From NCBI GenBank assembly GCA_964370935.1, contig CAYJKI010000010.1:70796-134795 (forward strand): a stretch of DNA of 64,000 nt, written 5' to 3'. The notes under the pieces are model-generated. The model made no database searches and was not told where the DNA came from. It worked only from the letters and a program-made list of their open reading frames with translations. The stretch is from an uncultured Ignavibacteria bacterium. Lineage in GTDB: Bacteria; Zixibacteria; MSB-5A5; CAIYYT01. This document shows positions 1 through 9,710 of the stretch, piece after piece. The position numbers were made by a program, and so were the translations under genes. Position 1 is the first letter of the stretch. Every line of letters begins with the position of its first letter.

Positions 1-306
1 ACTACTCACGCGGTGTTGATACTGCGAGCAGACGTTCAAACGTCGTGGGGCGGAGGAATCTGGCTTGACAAGTTTGAGCCGGGAGCCAGCGGGACGGTTG
101 TTCAGTATACTGTCATGACGCCGGGCGATACATGCCCGGAGGTGGGGAACGGAGCTGCACTGCAGCCAACAGTGGCAATTCGCGTTCCGCTGCCGATTGC
201 CGAGCCGCTCTTTATCACGCGAATAAGCGATACGATTTCATGTGGCTGGGTCGGCGACAGCACGCGAGTTGGGCCGTAAGATAGTAGGCGCGAGCCCGGC
301 TCCGTT

Positions 307-1035
307 CTACTGGAACTTGTTGCGCTCGCTCTTCGATATTTCCGTGGAAAGCGGGTAGATTTGAATCTCCGGGATCTGTGCATAAGCCGGGGCGTCGGCC
401 ACATCACCGATTAGTCGGGCAACGTCGGCCGTTTCCAGCAGTTGAAGCCTTTTCGGATCGCCCGACGATATGATCTCGCCGACGGAATTCATATTGTTCG
501 GAAAGACACTGGTCACGCGAATTCTGAATGGCTTCAGTTCGATCCGTACCGAGTCGGCCAATCCCTGGAGCCCGAATTTCGAAGCGCAGTAAGCCGAATT
601 GTTCGCCTGTCCCTGTTTGCCGCCGACCGAATTAATGAAAATGATCTGACCTTGAGACTCTTTTAGCAGTGGTGTCGCGGCCTTGGTCATCAGAAAATGC
701 GAGGTCAGGTTGACTCCAATGATCTGATCCCACGAGGTTTCGGGAAATTCCTCAATGGCGCCTCCCAAGTACATGCCAGCATTATTGACGAGGACATCGA
801 GGCGGCCAAAAACCTCCCGGCAAATACGTATTGCTTCGATACATGTGCCGGATTTGGTGATATCGCCCGAGATGTACTTGACTACCGGGCGATCCGTGAG
901 AATTCGGAGCGCGTTCTGGGTCAATTGAGTTTCCAGACCAACCAGAACAAGTCTGAATCCGCGTGCCTGCAATTCTTTTGCGGTGGCTAATCCGAGTCCC
1001 CTTGAACCGCCAGTGATCAGAGCTACTCTTTCCAA
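307..1035 (-). CDS. Short-chain dehydrogenase/reductase (SDR) family oxidoreductase
   Basis: N-terminal Rossmann motif TGGSRGLG. NNAG motif. Catalytic Y-x3-K segment (YCASK). 242 aa, typical SDR length. Confidence 0.85.
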   Translation of the reverse strand: MERVALITGGSRGLGLATAKELQARGFRLVLVGLETQLTQNALRILTDRPVVKYISGDITKSGTCIEAIRICREVFGRLDVLVNNAGMYLGGAIEEFPETSWDQIIGVNLTSHFLMTKAATPLLKESQGQIIFINSVGGKQGQANNSAYCASKFGLQGLADSVRIELKPFRIRVTSVFPNNMNSVGEIISSGDPKRLQLLETADVARLIGDVADAPAYAQIPEIQIYPLSTEISKSERNKFQ

Positions 1036-1083
1036 GACTATTCCTCCGGCCTTACTGTTATAAGTACATTCTCGCCAACAAGG

Positions 1084-1494
1084 TCAGCGCGAGACTTCAA
1101 ATCGGTTGTTTTCGGACTCCCACAGAACCACCCTTGACAACAATCCCTTTCCCAGTGCTTTGTCGAGGATATCGAAGATTTTTCCGGCAAAGACTTCGGT
1201 GGTCGGAATTTGACCCTGCATGAATTCCACATCAACGTTGAGATTCTTATGATCGACTTTGGCTATTACCTCACGCTCAATGACCTGTTTCAGCGTCTTG
1301 AGATTTATAATCATGCCGGTTGTCTGATCGATTTCTCCGGACACGCTGACCTCAAGCACATAATTGTGGCCGTGACCGTTTGGATTGGAGCATTCGCCAA
1401 AGATCTTAAGGTTCTCTTCGTCTGAAAGCCCGGGTTTGAACAAGCGATGTCCGGCGCAGAACGTCACTCTCTTGGTGATGGTAGTCTTCATCAA
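1084..1494 (-). CDS. queD: 6-carboxy-5,6,7,8-tetrahydropterin synthase (QueD / PTPS family)
   Basis: 136 aa. Motifs CAGHRL and ...NPNGHGHNY (Zn-binding Cys/His) diagnostic of the PTPS/QueD fold. Confidence 0.85.
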   Translation of the reverse strand: MMKTTITKRVTFCAGHRLFKPGLSDEENLKIFGECSNPNGHGHNYVLEVSVSGEIDQTTGMIINLKTLKQVIEREVIAKVDHKNLNVDVEFMQGQIPTTEVFAGKIFDILDKALGKGLLSRVVLWESENNRFEVSR

Positions 1495-2268
1495 TTATCT
1501 CGCTGGAGCCATTCCGGTTAAGATTACATTTTCTCCTGTCAACGGCGCGGATTCAGCTGACGCCAGGTAGAGAACATGTTTGCCTACCTCCTCGGCCTTG
1601 AGAGCGGCTTTGAGCCCTGGCGGAGCCGCCGAACGAAACATTGCCGTATCGACCGCCGACAGCGAAAGTTGGTTGACGCGGATATTGTACTTCATGTTTT
1701 CGATTGCCAACATTTCGGTTAACCCCCAAAGAGCGTATTTGGTAATGTCATAAGCTCCGAAGCCGGGAAATTTCTGTACGCCAAAACAGCCGGAGAGCGA
1801 GGAGATGTTTACAATAGTTCCGCCGCCTCGTTCCTTCATCATGGGAATTGCTCGCTGACTAAGCATGAGGGGGGCCGTGACATTGACAGCAATCATCTTC
1901 TCAAAATCAGGCAGCTCATATTCTTCGAGGAGGTTTTTGATCAGGATAGCTGCGTTGTTGATGAGTATGTCAAGCTTGATTCCCCGGCTGACAAGCAACG
2001 AAAACAAACCGTCTATCTGTCTGGAGTCTGCCAGGTCGACTGTTTCGGCAAGCACCTTGGCGCCTGCTTTTGCACATTCAAGTGCAGTTGTGCTTAGTTC
2101 GTCTTTTGAACGGGCGATTAACACCAAGTCTGCGCCCGCCGCCGCCAACGACTCGGCAATGGCACGACCGACTCCGCGACCTGCTCCGGAAATCAAGGCA
2201 GTTTTCCCACCAAGCAATTTTGTGGTTTCCATCTGCCACAAATAACGAAAATCGTCCTCATTTGGCAA
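1495..2268 (-). CDS. SDR family oxidoreductase. True start probably the internal Met about 12 codons downstream (near 2232).
   Basis: GKTALISGAGRGVGRAIA glycine-rich NAD(P) site. NNAA. Active-site Y-x3-K (YDITK). The stop abuts the queD start, which suggests an operon. Confidence 0.8.
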   Translation of the reverse strand: MPNEDDFRYLWQMETTKLLGGKTALISGAGRGVGRAIAESLAAAGADLVLIARSKDELSTTALECAKAGAKVLAETVDLADSRQIDGLFSLLVSRGIKLDILINNAAILIKNLLEEYELPDFEKMIAVNVTAPLMLSQRAIPMMKERGGGTIVNISSLSGCFGVQKFPGFGAYDITKYALWGLTEMLAIENMKYNIRVNQLSLSAVDTAMFRSAAPPGLKAALKAEEVGKHVLYLASAESAPLTGENVILTGMAPAR

Positions 2269-2429
2269 TGGCTCTTATCCTTTTTGGCCGGAACAGAAAT
2301 GTTGCGACACGGTTGCAATGTGGAACGGTTTTGTTTATGTTCTGACGGCGTTTAGCGGCTTCAGTTGAAAACAATCTTGCTCGATTACTTGTTTGGAATA
2401 GTGACATTTACTCAAATAAGAGGATAACA

Positions 2430-3797
2430 ATGCCCAAGCTCAATAACATTCTCGACGCTATCGGTAATACGCCGCTCGTCCAATTGAAGCGGATGGTGCC
2501 GGAGGGCGCCGGCGAGGTGTATGCCAAGCTCGAGTTCATGAACCCCGGTGGTTCGATTAAAGACCGGATGGCTAGGTATATAATCGAGGACGCCGAGCGC
2601 CGGGGCGAACTCAAGTCTGGCATGATCGTTGAAAACACGTCGGGCAATACCGGCGTCGGTGTGGCGATTGTCGCCGCGGTTAAGGGTTACAAAGCCATTT
2701 TCACGATACCTGATAAGATGTCCGATGAGAAAATCAACTTACTCAAGGCATTCGGCGCCAAAGTGGTGGTGACCAAGACCAATGTCCCGGCCGACAGTCC
2801 GGAATCGTATTACGAAACGGCTAAACGGATTCATCGCGAGAATCCCGGCTCGTTTTACCTCAACCAGTATCACAATCCTAAGAATATTGAGGCGCACTAC
2901 AATCTAACCGGTCCGGAAATCTGGAAAGACATGGATGGCAAGATTGACTATTTCGTCGCCGGTATAGGAACAGGCGGAACACTCTCTGGAGCAGGTAAGT
3001 ACCTCAAGGAGCAGGATAAGAACATTAAGATTATTGCTGTCGACCCCTACGGTTCGGTTTTCTACGACTTCTTCAAGACCGGCAAGCCGGGCAAGCCGGA
3101 GGTCTACAAAGTCGAAGGCATTGGCGAAGATATGATCACGCAGGCAATGGACTTCTCCGTTGTGGATGATATGCTTCAGGTGAATGACCGCGACTGTTTC
3201 CTCACTGGTCGCGATTTGACGACGAAGGAAGGGATTTTTGCCGGTGGATCTTCAGGAGCGGCCGTTTGGGGTGCAATACAGGTAGCCAAGAAGGTCGGAC
3301 CGGGGAAGCGCATCGTTGTCGTCCTGCCGGACAGTGGCACTCGTTATCTATCGAAAATGTTCAATGAGACATGGATGCGCGACTATGGATTCCTTGAAGA
3401 ACGCCCCGAGCTTGGATCAGTTCAGCGAATCCTGGAACGCAAGAACGGCAAAGAAATCATTTCTGCAAGTGCCGACGAGTCGCTACATAATGTGATCGAA
3501 AAGATGAAGAAATATGATATTTCGCAGCTGCCTGTTATTGAGAATGGTGAACTAACCGGTCTGATTCGTGAATCGGATCTCTTGAGTCTGATGGTTTCGG
3601 GCCGTTACTCGCCGTCACAGACCATTAGAGGTGCAGTTGTTCACGAATATCATACGGCTGCGCGCGAAATGCCGATTTCGAGGCTGGCCGAGCTGTTTTC
3701 TAAATCCAATGCCGATGTCGTTTTTGCGGTTGATAACCGCAAGCTGGTCGGTATCTTGACCAAAATTGATTTAATTGACTTTCTTGCAGGAGCTTGA
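2430..3797 (+). CDS. Cystathionine beta-synthase (PLP-dependent CysK/CBS fold plus a C-terminal tandem CBS/Bateman domain)
   Basis: PLP-lysine region GGSIKDRMA. GTGGT loop. About 130 aa C-terminal CBS pair. RBS AGGATAACAATG. 455 aa. Confidence 0.85.
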   Translation: MPKLNNILDAIGNTPLVQLKRMVPEGAGEVYAKLEFMNPGGSIKDRMARYIIEDAERRGELKSGMIVENTSGNTGVGVAIVAAVKGYKAIFTIPDKMSDEKINLLKAFGAKVVVTKTNVPADSPESYYETAKRIHRENPGSFYLNQYHNPKNIEAHYNLTGPEIWKDMDGKIDYFVAGIGTGGTLSGAGKYLKEQDKNIKIIAVDPYGSVFYDFFKTGKPGKPEVYKVEGIGEDMITQAMDFSVVDDMLQVNDRDCFLTGRDLTTKEGIFAGGSSGAAVWGAIQVAKKVGPGKRIVVVLPDSGTRYLSKMFNETWMRDYGFLEERPELGSVQRILERKNGKEIISASADESLHNVIEKMKKYDISQLPVIENGELTGLIRESDLLSLMVSGRYSPSQTIRGAVVHEYHTAAREMPISRLAELFSKSNADVVFAVDNRKLVGILTKIDLIDFLAGA

Positions 3798-4966
3798 TTT
3801 TGAAAGATTACGATCCGACCAAACATCAATTCGAAACCAATGCGATTCATGCCGGCCAACCGCCCGATCCGGCAACCGGAGCCATCGCCTTTCCGATTTA
3901 CCAGACTTCAACCTATGTACAGGAAGGAATCGGCGGACATAAGGGATTTGAATATTCGCGTACAGCCAACCCGACCCGTTGTGCGCTCGAAGAGTGTCTG
4001 GCATCCCTTGAAGGCGCCAAATACGGTCTTTGTTTTGCCTCCGGCATGGCCGCTACGTCAAATGTCATGACCTTATTGAAGGCTGGCGACCATGTTGTCT
4101 GTTCCGATGATCTTTATGGCGGAACACCGCGAGTCTTTAATCGTGTGTACGCTGATTATGGTATTGAGTTCACTTACGTTGATACTTCGTTTACCGATCG
4201 CATCGAAGCGGCCATTAAGCCGAACACCAAGATGGTCTTCATCGAAACGCCAACGAATCCAATGCTCAAGATCACAGAGATTCGCGCCGTTGCGACGCTT
4301 ACCAAGCGCAAAAATCTGATTCTGGTAGTAGACAACACCTTTGCTTCGCCGTTTCTGCAGCGTCCGCTCGATCTCGGCGCCGACATCGTAGTGCATTCCA
4401 CAACCAAATACATCAACGGCCATGCCGATTCGGTAGGCGGTGCGGTCCTGACTTCGAACGAAAAGTACCATGAAAGAATGAAATACTGTCAAAATGCCGC
4501 CGGCGGAATCATGGGACCTTTCGATGCATTCTTGACAATGCGCGGCGTAAAGACTTTGGCATTGCGCATGGAGCGCCAATGCGACAATGCGATGAATTTA
4601 GCGGTATATCTCGAAACTCATCCCAAGGTCGAAAAGGTCATCTATCCCGGTTTGGAATCATTTCCCCAGCACAAGATAGCCGAGAGGCAGATGCGACTTT
4701 TCGGCGGGATGATTTCGTTTGTGATCAAGGGTGGGCTCGAGTCAGCGAAGAAGATGCTTGCCAATACTCCGGTATTCGGATTAGCGGAGTCACTTGGCGG
4801 TGTTGAGTCGCTTATTCAACATCCTGCCCTGATGACGCACGCTTCGGTGCCCAAGGAAGTCCGTGACGCCAACGGCATCTCCGACGGCCTTATCCGGGTC
4901 TCGGCTGGTATTGAGGCTTATGAAGACCTCAAGCGCGCGCTTGACACTGGCTTCAGCCACGTCTAG
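3794..4966 (+). CDS. Cystathionine gamma-lyase/gamma-synthase family PLP enzyme (Cys/Met metabolism)
   Basis: AIHAGQ near the N-terminus. FASGMAA. The TTKYINGH region holds the PLP-Lys. 4-nt ATGA overlap with the upstream CBS, which suggests translational coupling. Confidence 0.85.
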   Translation: MILKDYDPTKHQFETNAIHAGQPPDPATGAIAFPIYQTSTYVQEGIGGHKGFEYSRTANPTRCALEECLASLEGAKYGLCFASGMAATSNVMTLLKAGDHVVCSDDLYGGTPRVFNRVYADYGIEFTYVDTSFTDRIEAAIKPNTKMVFIETPTNPMLKITEIRAVATLTKRKNLILVVDNTFASPFLQRPLDLGADIVVHSTTKYINGHADSVGGAVLTSNEKYHERMKYCQNAAGGIMGPFDAFLTMRGVKTLALRMERQCDNAMNLAVYLETHPKVEKVIYPGLESFPQHKIAERQMRLFGGMISFVIKGGLESAKKMLANTPVFGLAESLGGVESLIQHPALMTHASVPKEVRDANGISDGLIRVSAGIEAYEDLKRALDTGFSHV

Positions 4967-5028
4967 ATTTGTGGGGCAGGTTTGAATCCGGACCTGCCCC
5001 TAATTCTGATCAAGTAAAGGAAATTCCC

Positions 5029-5424
5029 ATGTACACGACCATTTACACATTCGGCGTCGAAACATCGATGACTTTCTTGGATGCTCGAGCGCGAGTTGAG
5101 GCACTGCTCAAGGAAGTTGGCTTCGGCATCTTGACTGAAATTGACGTCAAAGCTACAATGAAGAAGAAACTCGACGCTGACTTCAGACCCTATGTCATTC
5201 TTGGCGCCTGCAACCCGAAAATTGCTTATGAAGCGTTTCAGCGGGAGTTGGAGATCGGCTCGTTACTTCCATGCAACGTTATCGTCTACGAAAACGACAA
5301 GGGCGGAACTAATGTTTCGTTTATGGATCCGCTAGCGGCGCTGGGTTTAACCGGCAACAAGGAGTTAACGCAGCAGGCACAACAGGTTCGCGATCTGCTT
5401 CAGCAAGTCGCAGCCAAGTTGTAG
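5029..5424 (+). CDS. DUF302 family protein
   Basis: About 130 aa with a DUF302-like pattern (GFGILTEIDVKATMKKKL...PYVILGACNP). The internal ATG at 5029 is preceded by an AAAGGAAA RBS. The track ORF begins earlier at 4969. Confidence 0.65.
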   Translation: MYTTIYTFGVETSMTFLDARARVEALLKEVGFGILTEIDVKATMKKKLDADFRPYVILGACNPKIAYEAFQRELEIGSLLPCNVIVYENDKGGTNVSFMDPLAALGLTGNKELTQQAQQVRDLLQQVAAKL

Positions 5425-5476
5425 CGCCTGATTTTCTGTCGCGAAACTCGCCTCAACATCGCATCATGCCGATGAG

Positions 5477-6595
5477 ATGAAATCTGGTAGTGCACTAAAG
5501 ATCATTGAAGTCGGAGCTGTTCCGCCGCCTTTTGGCGGAGTTTCGGTACATACCAAGAGACTAATAGCGCGGTTGCTGTCTGATGGGTTGTTGTGCGAGA
5601 TCATCGATATCAGTGGCGTCGCCAAATCCGGCCACAATGTCCGTTCGCTAAGCTGGCGAAGGGCATTTCTTCATCTGCTTCGCTGCAAACCAAGTATCGT
5701 CCACTTCCACAATTTCGTTCCACGAAATCTTTACCTGTACTCCCTCTTGAGCACAAGGCACTTGACCGTGCTTTCTCTTCATAATGAGCGTTTTGACGAC
5801 GACCTGCAGCGGTATTCGCCAATTGAAAGGCCAATAATGGTGCGGCTGTTTGATTCCGTTGCGGCAATCATCATCCACAGCGAGACTTCCCACGATCGCG
5901 CACTGAAAGTTGGTATCGCGGAGCAGAAGTTGCACATAATTCCGCCATTCATCCCGCCTGCTAAAGCAGACTTAGTCGGACAGAGCCTTCCGGCGACGAT
6001 TCGGGTGCTACGAGAAAAGCATCGGTACCTGCTTGCCACCAATGCCTATCGACTTGCATTTCACCACGGGGAAGATCTTTACGGTATTGACTTGGTTATC
6101 GAGGCAACCGGCCGGTTGGTCAATGAGTATGGCTTGGATGTCGCAACAGTAATTCTACTTCCAGACGCCGGGGATTTGGAATACCTTGGCCGTCTTCGTG
6201 CCCGCGTAGAGGAACTCAACCTAATAGAGCGCTGCATCTTCTATTGTGAACCGGTGCCGGAAACAGCGGTGCTGTGGCAGAGGGCGGACATTGTCATTCG
6301 CGCTACCAACACGGACGCTGGTGATTCTTTGACGGTACTGGAAGCGCTTGCCGGCGGGACACCGGCAATTGCTAGCGACTGCGTGAAGCGAAACGCCGCG
6401 GCGCACCTCTTTGCCAATCGTGACTCGGATAGCCTCGCGCTTGTTTGCAGGTCGGTGCTTGACGAGTTAGATCTCAATCGCCAAAAACTTGTCGATTTGA
6501 AGCTTCCAGACAACGCGGGGCAGTTGATAGGGCTGTATCACAGACTTGCCGGCGCAAGTCAACTCGCCAAATCAGAGACCGGAGTTCTAAGGTGA
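5477..6595 (+). CDS. Glycosyltransferase family 4 (GT-B, group 1)
   Basis: C-terminal E-x7-E-like segment (GDSLTVLEALAGGTPAIASD) typical of GT4 retaining transferases. 372 aa. Confidence 0.75.
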   Translation: MKSGSALKIIEVGAVPPPFGGVSVHTKRLIARLLSDGLLCEIIDISGVAKSGHNVRSLSWRRAFLHLLRCKPSIVHFHNFVPRNLYLYSLLSTRHLTVLSLHNERFDDDLQRYSPIERPIMVRLFDSVAAIIIHSETSHDRALKVGIAEQKLHIIPPFIPPAKADLVGQSLPATIRVLREKHRYLLATNAYRLAFHHGEDLYGIDLVIEATGRLVNEYGLDVATVILLPDAGDLEYLGRLRARVEELNLIERCIFYCEPVPETAVLWQRADIVIRATNTDAGDSLTVLEALAGGTPAIASDCVKRNAAAHLFANRDSDSLALVCRSVLDELDLNRQKLVDLKLPDNAGQLIGLYHRLAGASQLAKSETGVLR

Positions 6596-7893
6596 TGCCG
6601 TTATCCGCGACGGTTAGAGCGGCCATTCGCAATGCATCCGCCAAAGGTTTTTTTCACTTGTTGACGGCCAACCTGGCGATCGGACTGTTGGCGTTCGGTT
6701 CGCAGCTTCTCGTGATCAAGTTCCTTTCGCCGTCCGAAATGGCGGACATCAAAACTATGCAGTCTTTTATTGGAATTGCGGCGGTGATTGCCGGTTTCGG
6801 GTTGAACACAGCGGTGCTCAAGATGTGCTCGGAACAACGATCTGATACCGAGCGCTCGGAGATACTCCGGCAAAGCTTGCGGTATGCTATCTTGCCGATT
6901 GTGTTGGTTCTTGCTGCAATGGCTTTCGCAGCTAAGCTCGGTCTTTTCTCGCCTGCGCCGTTAGTGAATCGCTGGATGTTTATATTTATGTTCTCAGTTC
7001 CGGCGACTGCCTTAGGTTCGATTTTGATGGTCTACCTGCAGGCGCGGAAGCGAATCAAACTTATGGCAATCGTGCAGACAACGATTCGCATTGGCGGATT
7101 GGCGGTCATTGTCGTGTCGGCATGGCTGTATGGGTTTGGCGGATTCGTAATCTCCAGCACAATTGTCGCATTCGCGGCGCTCCTGCCTCTCATCAAGATT
7201 GTTCGCGGCGACCTGACTGGATTGAAATCACGAATTGAAAGGAAGCATCCGGAGATTTGGTATTACGCTCGCTGGAGTCTGGCGGGAAATTTAGTAGCGA
7301 CAATCATCAGCTTTCTCGATATCTTGATGCTCAACTACTTCATTGATGACCGCGTCGGACTTGGGTACTACAGCATCGCTACGATCTTTGTACTCGGACT
7401 GAACCAGGTCACCACGACCGTGCAGGCCATTGCCACGCCGTACTTTTCCGAGTACAGCAGTGACAAGTCGAAGTTCATGCAGGTGCTTGGGAAGTACCAA
7501 AAATTGCTCATCGTCCTCGCCTTGATACTGACTGTGGTCGCAATACTAATCGTCCCGAGGCTGATTGTCATGCTCTATGGGGAAAGCTATGCGCCATCGG
7601 GTGAGTATTTTCAGATTCTTGCCATCAAATACTTCTTCTGGAGCTGTTACGCTTTGTTGGGCGTAGCCATCTTGGGCATCGGCAAGATGAAATTCAGCTT
7701 TTACAGTGTGCTGGTTTCTCTGGTGATTTCGACCGCCATAAGCTACACGTTGATTCTTCAATACGGCCTCCAAGGCGCTGCTTTTGCCCAGGTCTTTTCC
7801 TACCTTATTATCATGATTATCGTTGTGCTGATGACAAGGGTCGTTCTTAGAAATCACTTCCGTGAGATGGAATCAAAAGATGCCGCTCGATGA
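6592..7893 (+). CDS. Polysaccharide biosynthesis protein / oligosaccharide flippase (MOP/Wzx-like)
   Basis: 433 aa. Hydrophobic segments consistent with a 12-TM MOP-type flippase. 4-nt overlap with the upstream GT4 gene suggests an operon. Confidence 0.7.
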   Translation: MMPLSATVRAAIRNASAKGFFHLLTANLAIGLLAFGSQLLVIKFLSPSEMADIKTMQSFIGIAAVIAGFGLNTAVLKMCSEQRSDTERSEILRQSLRYAILPIVLVLAAMAFAAKLGLFSPAPLVNRWMFIFMFSVPATALGSILMVYLQARKRIKLMAIVQTTIRIGGLAVIVVSAWLYGFGGFVISSTIVAFAALLPLIKIVRGDLTGLKSRIERKHPEIWYYARWSLAGNLVATIISFLDILMLNYFIDDRVGLGYYSIATIFVLGLNQVTTTVQAIATPYFSEYSSDKSKFMQVLGKYQKLLIVLALILTVVAILIVPRLIVMLYGESYAPSGEYFQILAIKYFFWSCYALLGVAILGIGKMKFSFYSVLVSLVISTAISYTLILQYGLQGAAFAQVFSYLIIMIIVVLMTRVVLRNHFREMESKDAAR

Positions 7894-7964
7894 TGCACTG
7901 CAGAAGAAAGGCAGGGTTCGTTAACTCGACCTCTGCCTTATTGATCCAAAATGCTGCGAAATTC

Positions 7965-9476
7965 TTAAGGGCAAGCCGAGCAGGGGGCGACTCCTCCGGC
8001 GAAGATATAGTTAATCAGCAATACTGCGTCTGAGATAGTGAGCAGACCACTGCAATCAGCGTCACCGGATTCAAGCGGATTGGGCGCAGGTCCGCCGGCA
8101 AAGATGTAATTGATCAAGAAGACCGCATCGGAGATGGTCACAGTGCTGCTACCGTCGGCGTCGCCGCAAATGTAGCCGGGCGGATCGCAGCTGTCAGGGA
8201 TGCCGTTGAAATTATTGTCCGGCACCACTCCAAAAAAGATTTCGCAGCTATCGGGAATTTCATTGCCGTTACAGTCGGTGATCGTCAGGTCCGGGACGAT
8301 TTTGCGAATCTGTCCACTCTGATACAGTAGGTAGATCTCGCCGTAGTTGTCCTCGCCAAATGAAAACAGTGATGAGATACCGGCAAGGCCGAGTTCGACG
8401 GTTCTATCCTGGAAGTCAGTTTTGGAGACGCCATCGTATCTAAATGACCAAACCGTGCCATCGCAATAGTCGCCGAAGAAGTAGGTGCCTTGAAGGTCAG
8501 GAATAGCGCAGCCGCTGTAGCTGTAGCCGCCCGTCACTGAACAGCCGAAGCTATGCGTGTACTCGTGAATTGGATCAGTGGTGATTCCCAGCGGGTCGCA
8601 GTTTACGGACGGATTGTAACAATGAGCCCCTTCACGAAGCCGCCAGCCAAAATTGACATTTCCGGTATCGCTTGCGGGACGCCAGTTGATTTCTTCGTAC
8701 TGTGATTGGCCGACGTCGGCAATGAAGAGATTTCCGGTGAGGCGATCAAAGCTGTTGCGCCAAGGGTTGCGCAACCCCCAATAGAATATTTCTTCCCTCT
8801 GCGGACCACCGGCAAACGGGTTCGAAGGAGGAATGCCGTAGGGAATGCCCGAGTCGACATCGATTCGCAACATTTTACCGAGCAAGGTCGTGAGGGTTTG
8901 TCCGTTGTTATTTGGATCCCCGCCGCTGCCGCCGTCGCCGACGGCAATATACAGGAATCCATCCGGGCCGAATCCGATCCAGCCGCCGTTGTGATTCGTC
9001 TCAACCGGGTGGCTAAGGGTCAGTACGATCAAGGCGCTCGCCGGATTAGCGCTGTCAGGATTGGTGCCCGAGACCTGCCAGCGAGTGATGACATTGTCAC
9101 CACTGGTATTGGTATGATAGGTGAAGAAATAGCCATTGTTAGAATAGTTGGGGTGGAACGCCAGTCCAAGCAGCCCTTCTTCACTGGAGGTTCTAACCGG
9201 ACTGATCGTCAAAAACGGATTGGTGCGCATTACTTGTGTATTCAAATCCATGATTCGGATGTCGGCGCGATTTGCCGTCCCTGCCGAGCCGCGTTGTTCG
9301 GCAATGAAGAGCCGTTCAAAATCTCCTGTCGGTGAGGTGGCAAAGACCGGGCGCGATAGTCCACTGACGATCAAGTCCGATCGAATCGGAGTCTGGGCTT
9401 TCAGCAGAGTTGAGCCGAAAAGCAGGAGCAACAGGAAGGCAATGTACATGAACGCGCGTGAAATTCGGGACACCAT
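7965..9476 (-). CDS. Secreted PQQ-dependent glucose/sorbosone dehydrogenase-family beta-propeller protein with a C-terminal tandem dockerin-type repeat
   Basis: Signal peptide. GLLGLAFHPNYSNNGYFF, DGFLYIAVGDGGSGGDP and GLRNPW motifs of the soluble aldose dehydrogenase (YliI/GSDH) family. The C-terminus carries two ...GDADGSSTVTISDAVFLINYIF.GG... dockerin-like repeats. Confidence 0.75.
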   Translation of the reverse strand: MVSRISRAFMYIAFLLLLLFGSTLLKAQTPIRSDLIVSGLSRPVFATSPTGDFERLFIAEQRGSAGTANRADIRIMDLNTQVMRTNPFLTISPVRTSSEEGLLGLAFHPNYSNNGYFFTYHTNTSGDNVITRWQVSGTNPDSANPASALIVLTLSHPVETNHNGGWIGFGPDGFLYIAVGDGGSGGDPNNNGQTLTTLLGKMLRIDVDSGIPYGIPPSNPFAGGPQREEIFYWGLRNPWRNSFDRLTGNLFIADVGQSQYEEINWRPASDTGNVNFGWRLREGAHCYNPSVNCDPLGITTDPIHEYTHSFGCSVTGGYSYSGCAIPDLQGTYFFGDYCDGTVWSFRYDGVSKTDFQDRTVELGLAGISSLFSFGEDNYGEIYLLYQSGQIRKIVPDLTITDCNGNEIPDSCEIFFGVVPDNNFNGIPDSCDPPGYICGDADGSSTVTISDAVFLINYIFAGGPAPNPLESGDADCSGLLTISDAVLLINYIFAGGVAPCSACP

Positions 9477-9644
9477 TAGAATCCTCCAAAAGACAACTAT
9501 GAAGTAATGTTGTATTGACCTATTTCAAGAATCGTCAGTCGAAATCAACGAAAAACCAGGTCGTGGATAATAGAAATATCAAGAAATGTACGTAACGTGG
9601 AGCAATTTTGATGATCATTCAAGCCCCTTTTTTGGAGTCGCAGC

Positions 9645-9680
9645 GTTCAAAAAAAGGCCGCCTGCTTCGCAGACGGCCGG
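9645..9680 (-). terminator. Rho-independent terminator downstream of the 9711..10478 gene
   Basis: GC-rich hairpin (GGCCG..CTGCGAAGCAG..CGGCC) followed by a T-run on the minus strand. Confidence 0.5.
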
Positions 9681-9710
9681 AAATCAAACCTATATCAGGT
9701 AATTAATTCA

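Noticed and set aside
1-306. ORF 13..279 (+, 88 aa) and 102..407 (-) at the window edge. Possible 3' fragment of a gene that begins upstream of the window.
   Set aside because: No recognisable motif. The minus-strand ORF overlaps the SDR gene. Cannot distinguish a partial gene from GC-rich noise without upstream sequence.
2269-2429. Possible SAM or other riboswitch upstream of the CBS/CGL operon (contains 'ctcttatc' as in the SAM-I 5' end)
   Set aside because: The downstream sequence does not continue into the SAM-I consensus (no ...agag.ggc.gaggga...gcccgatgaa...). Treated as an ordinary divergent promoter region.
8603-9507. Antisense and overlapping ORFs (8603..9004 -, 8706..9335 +, 9148..9507 +) inside the sugar dehydrogenase gene
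   Set aside because: Fully embedded in a well-supported CDS in other frames. Amino-acid composition (Arg/Ala/Gly-rich) is typical of off-frame translation of GC-rich coding DNA. Dozens of similar shadow ORFs across the window were treated the same way.
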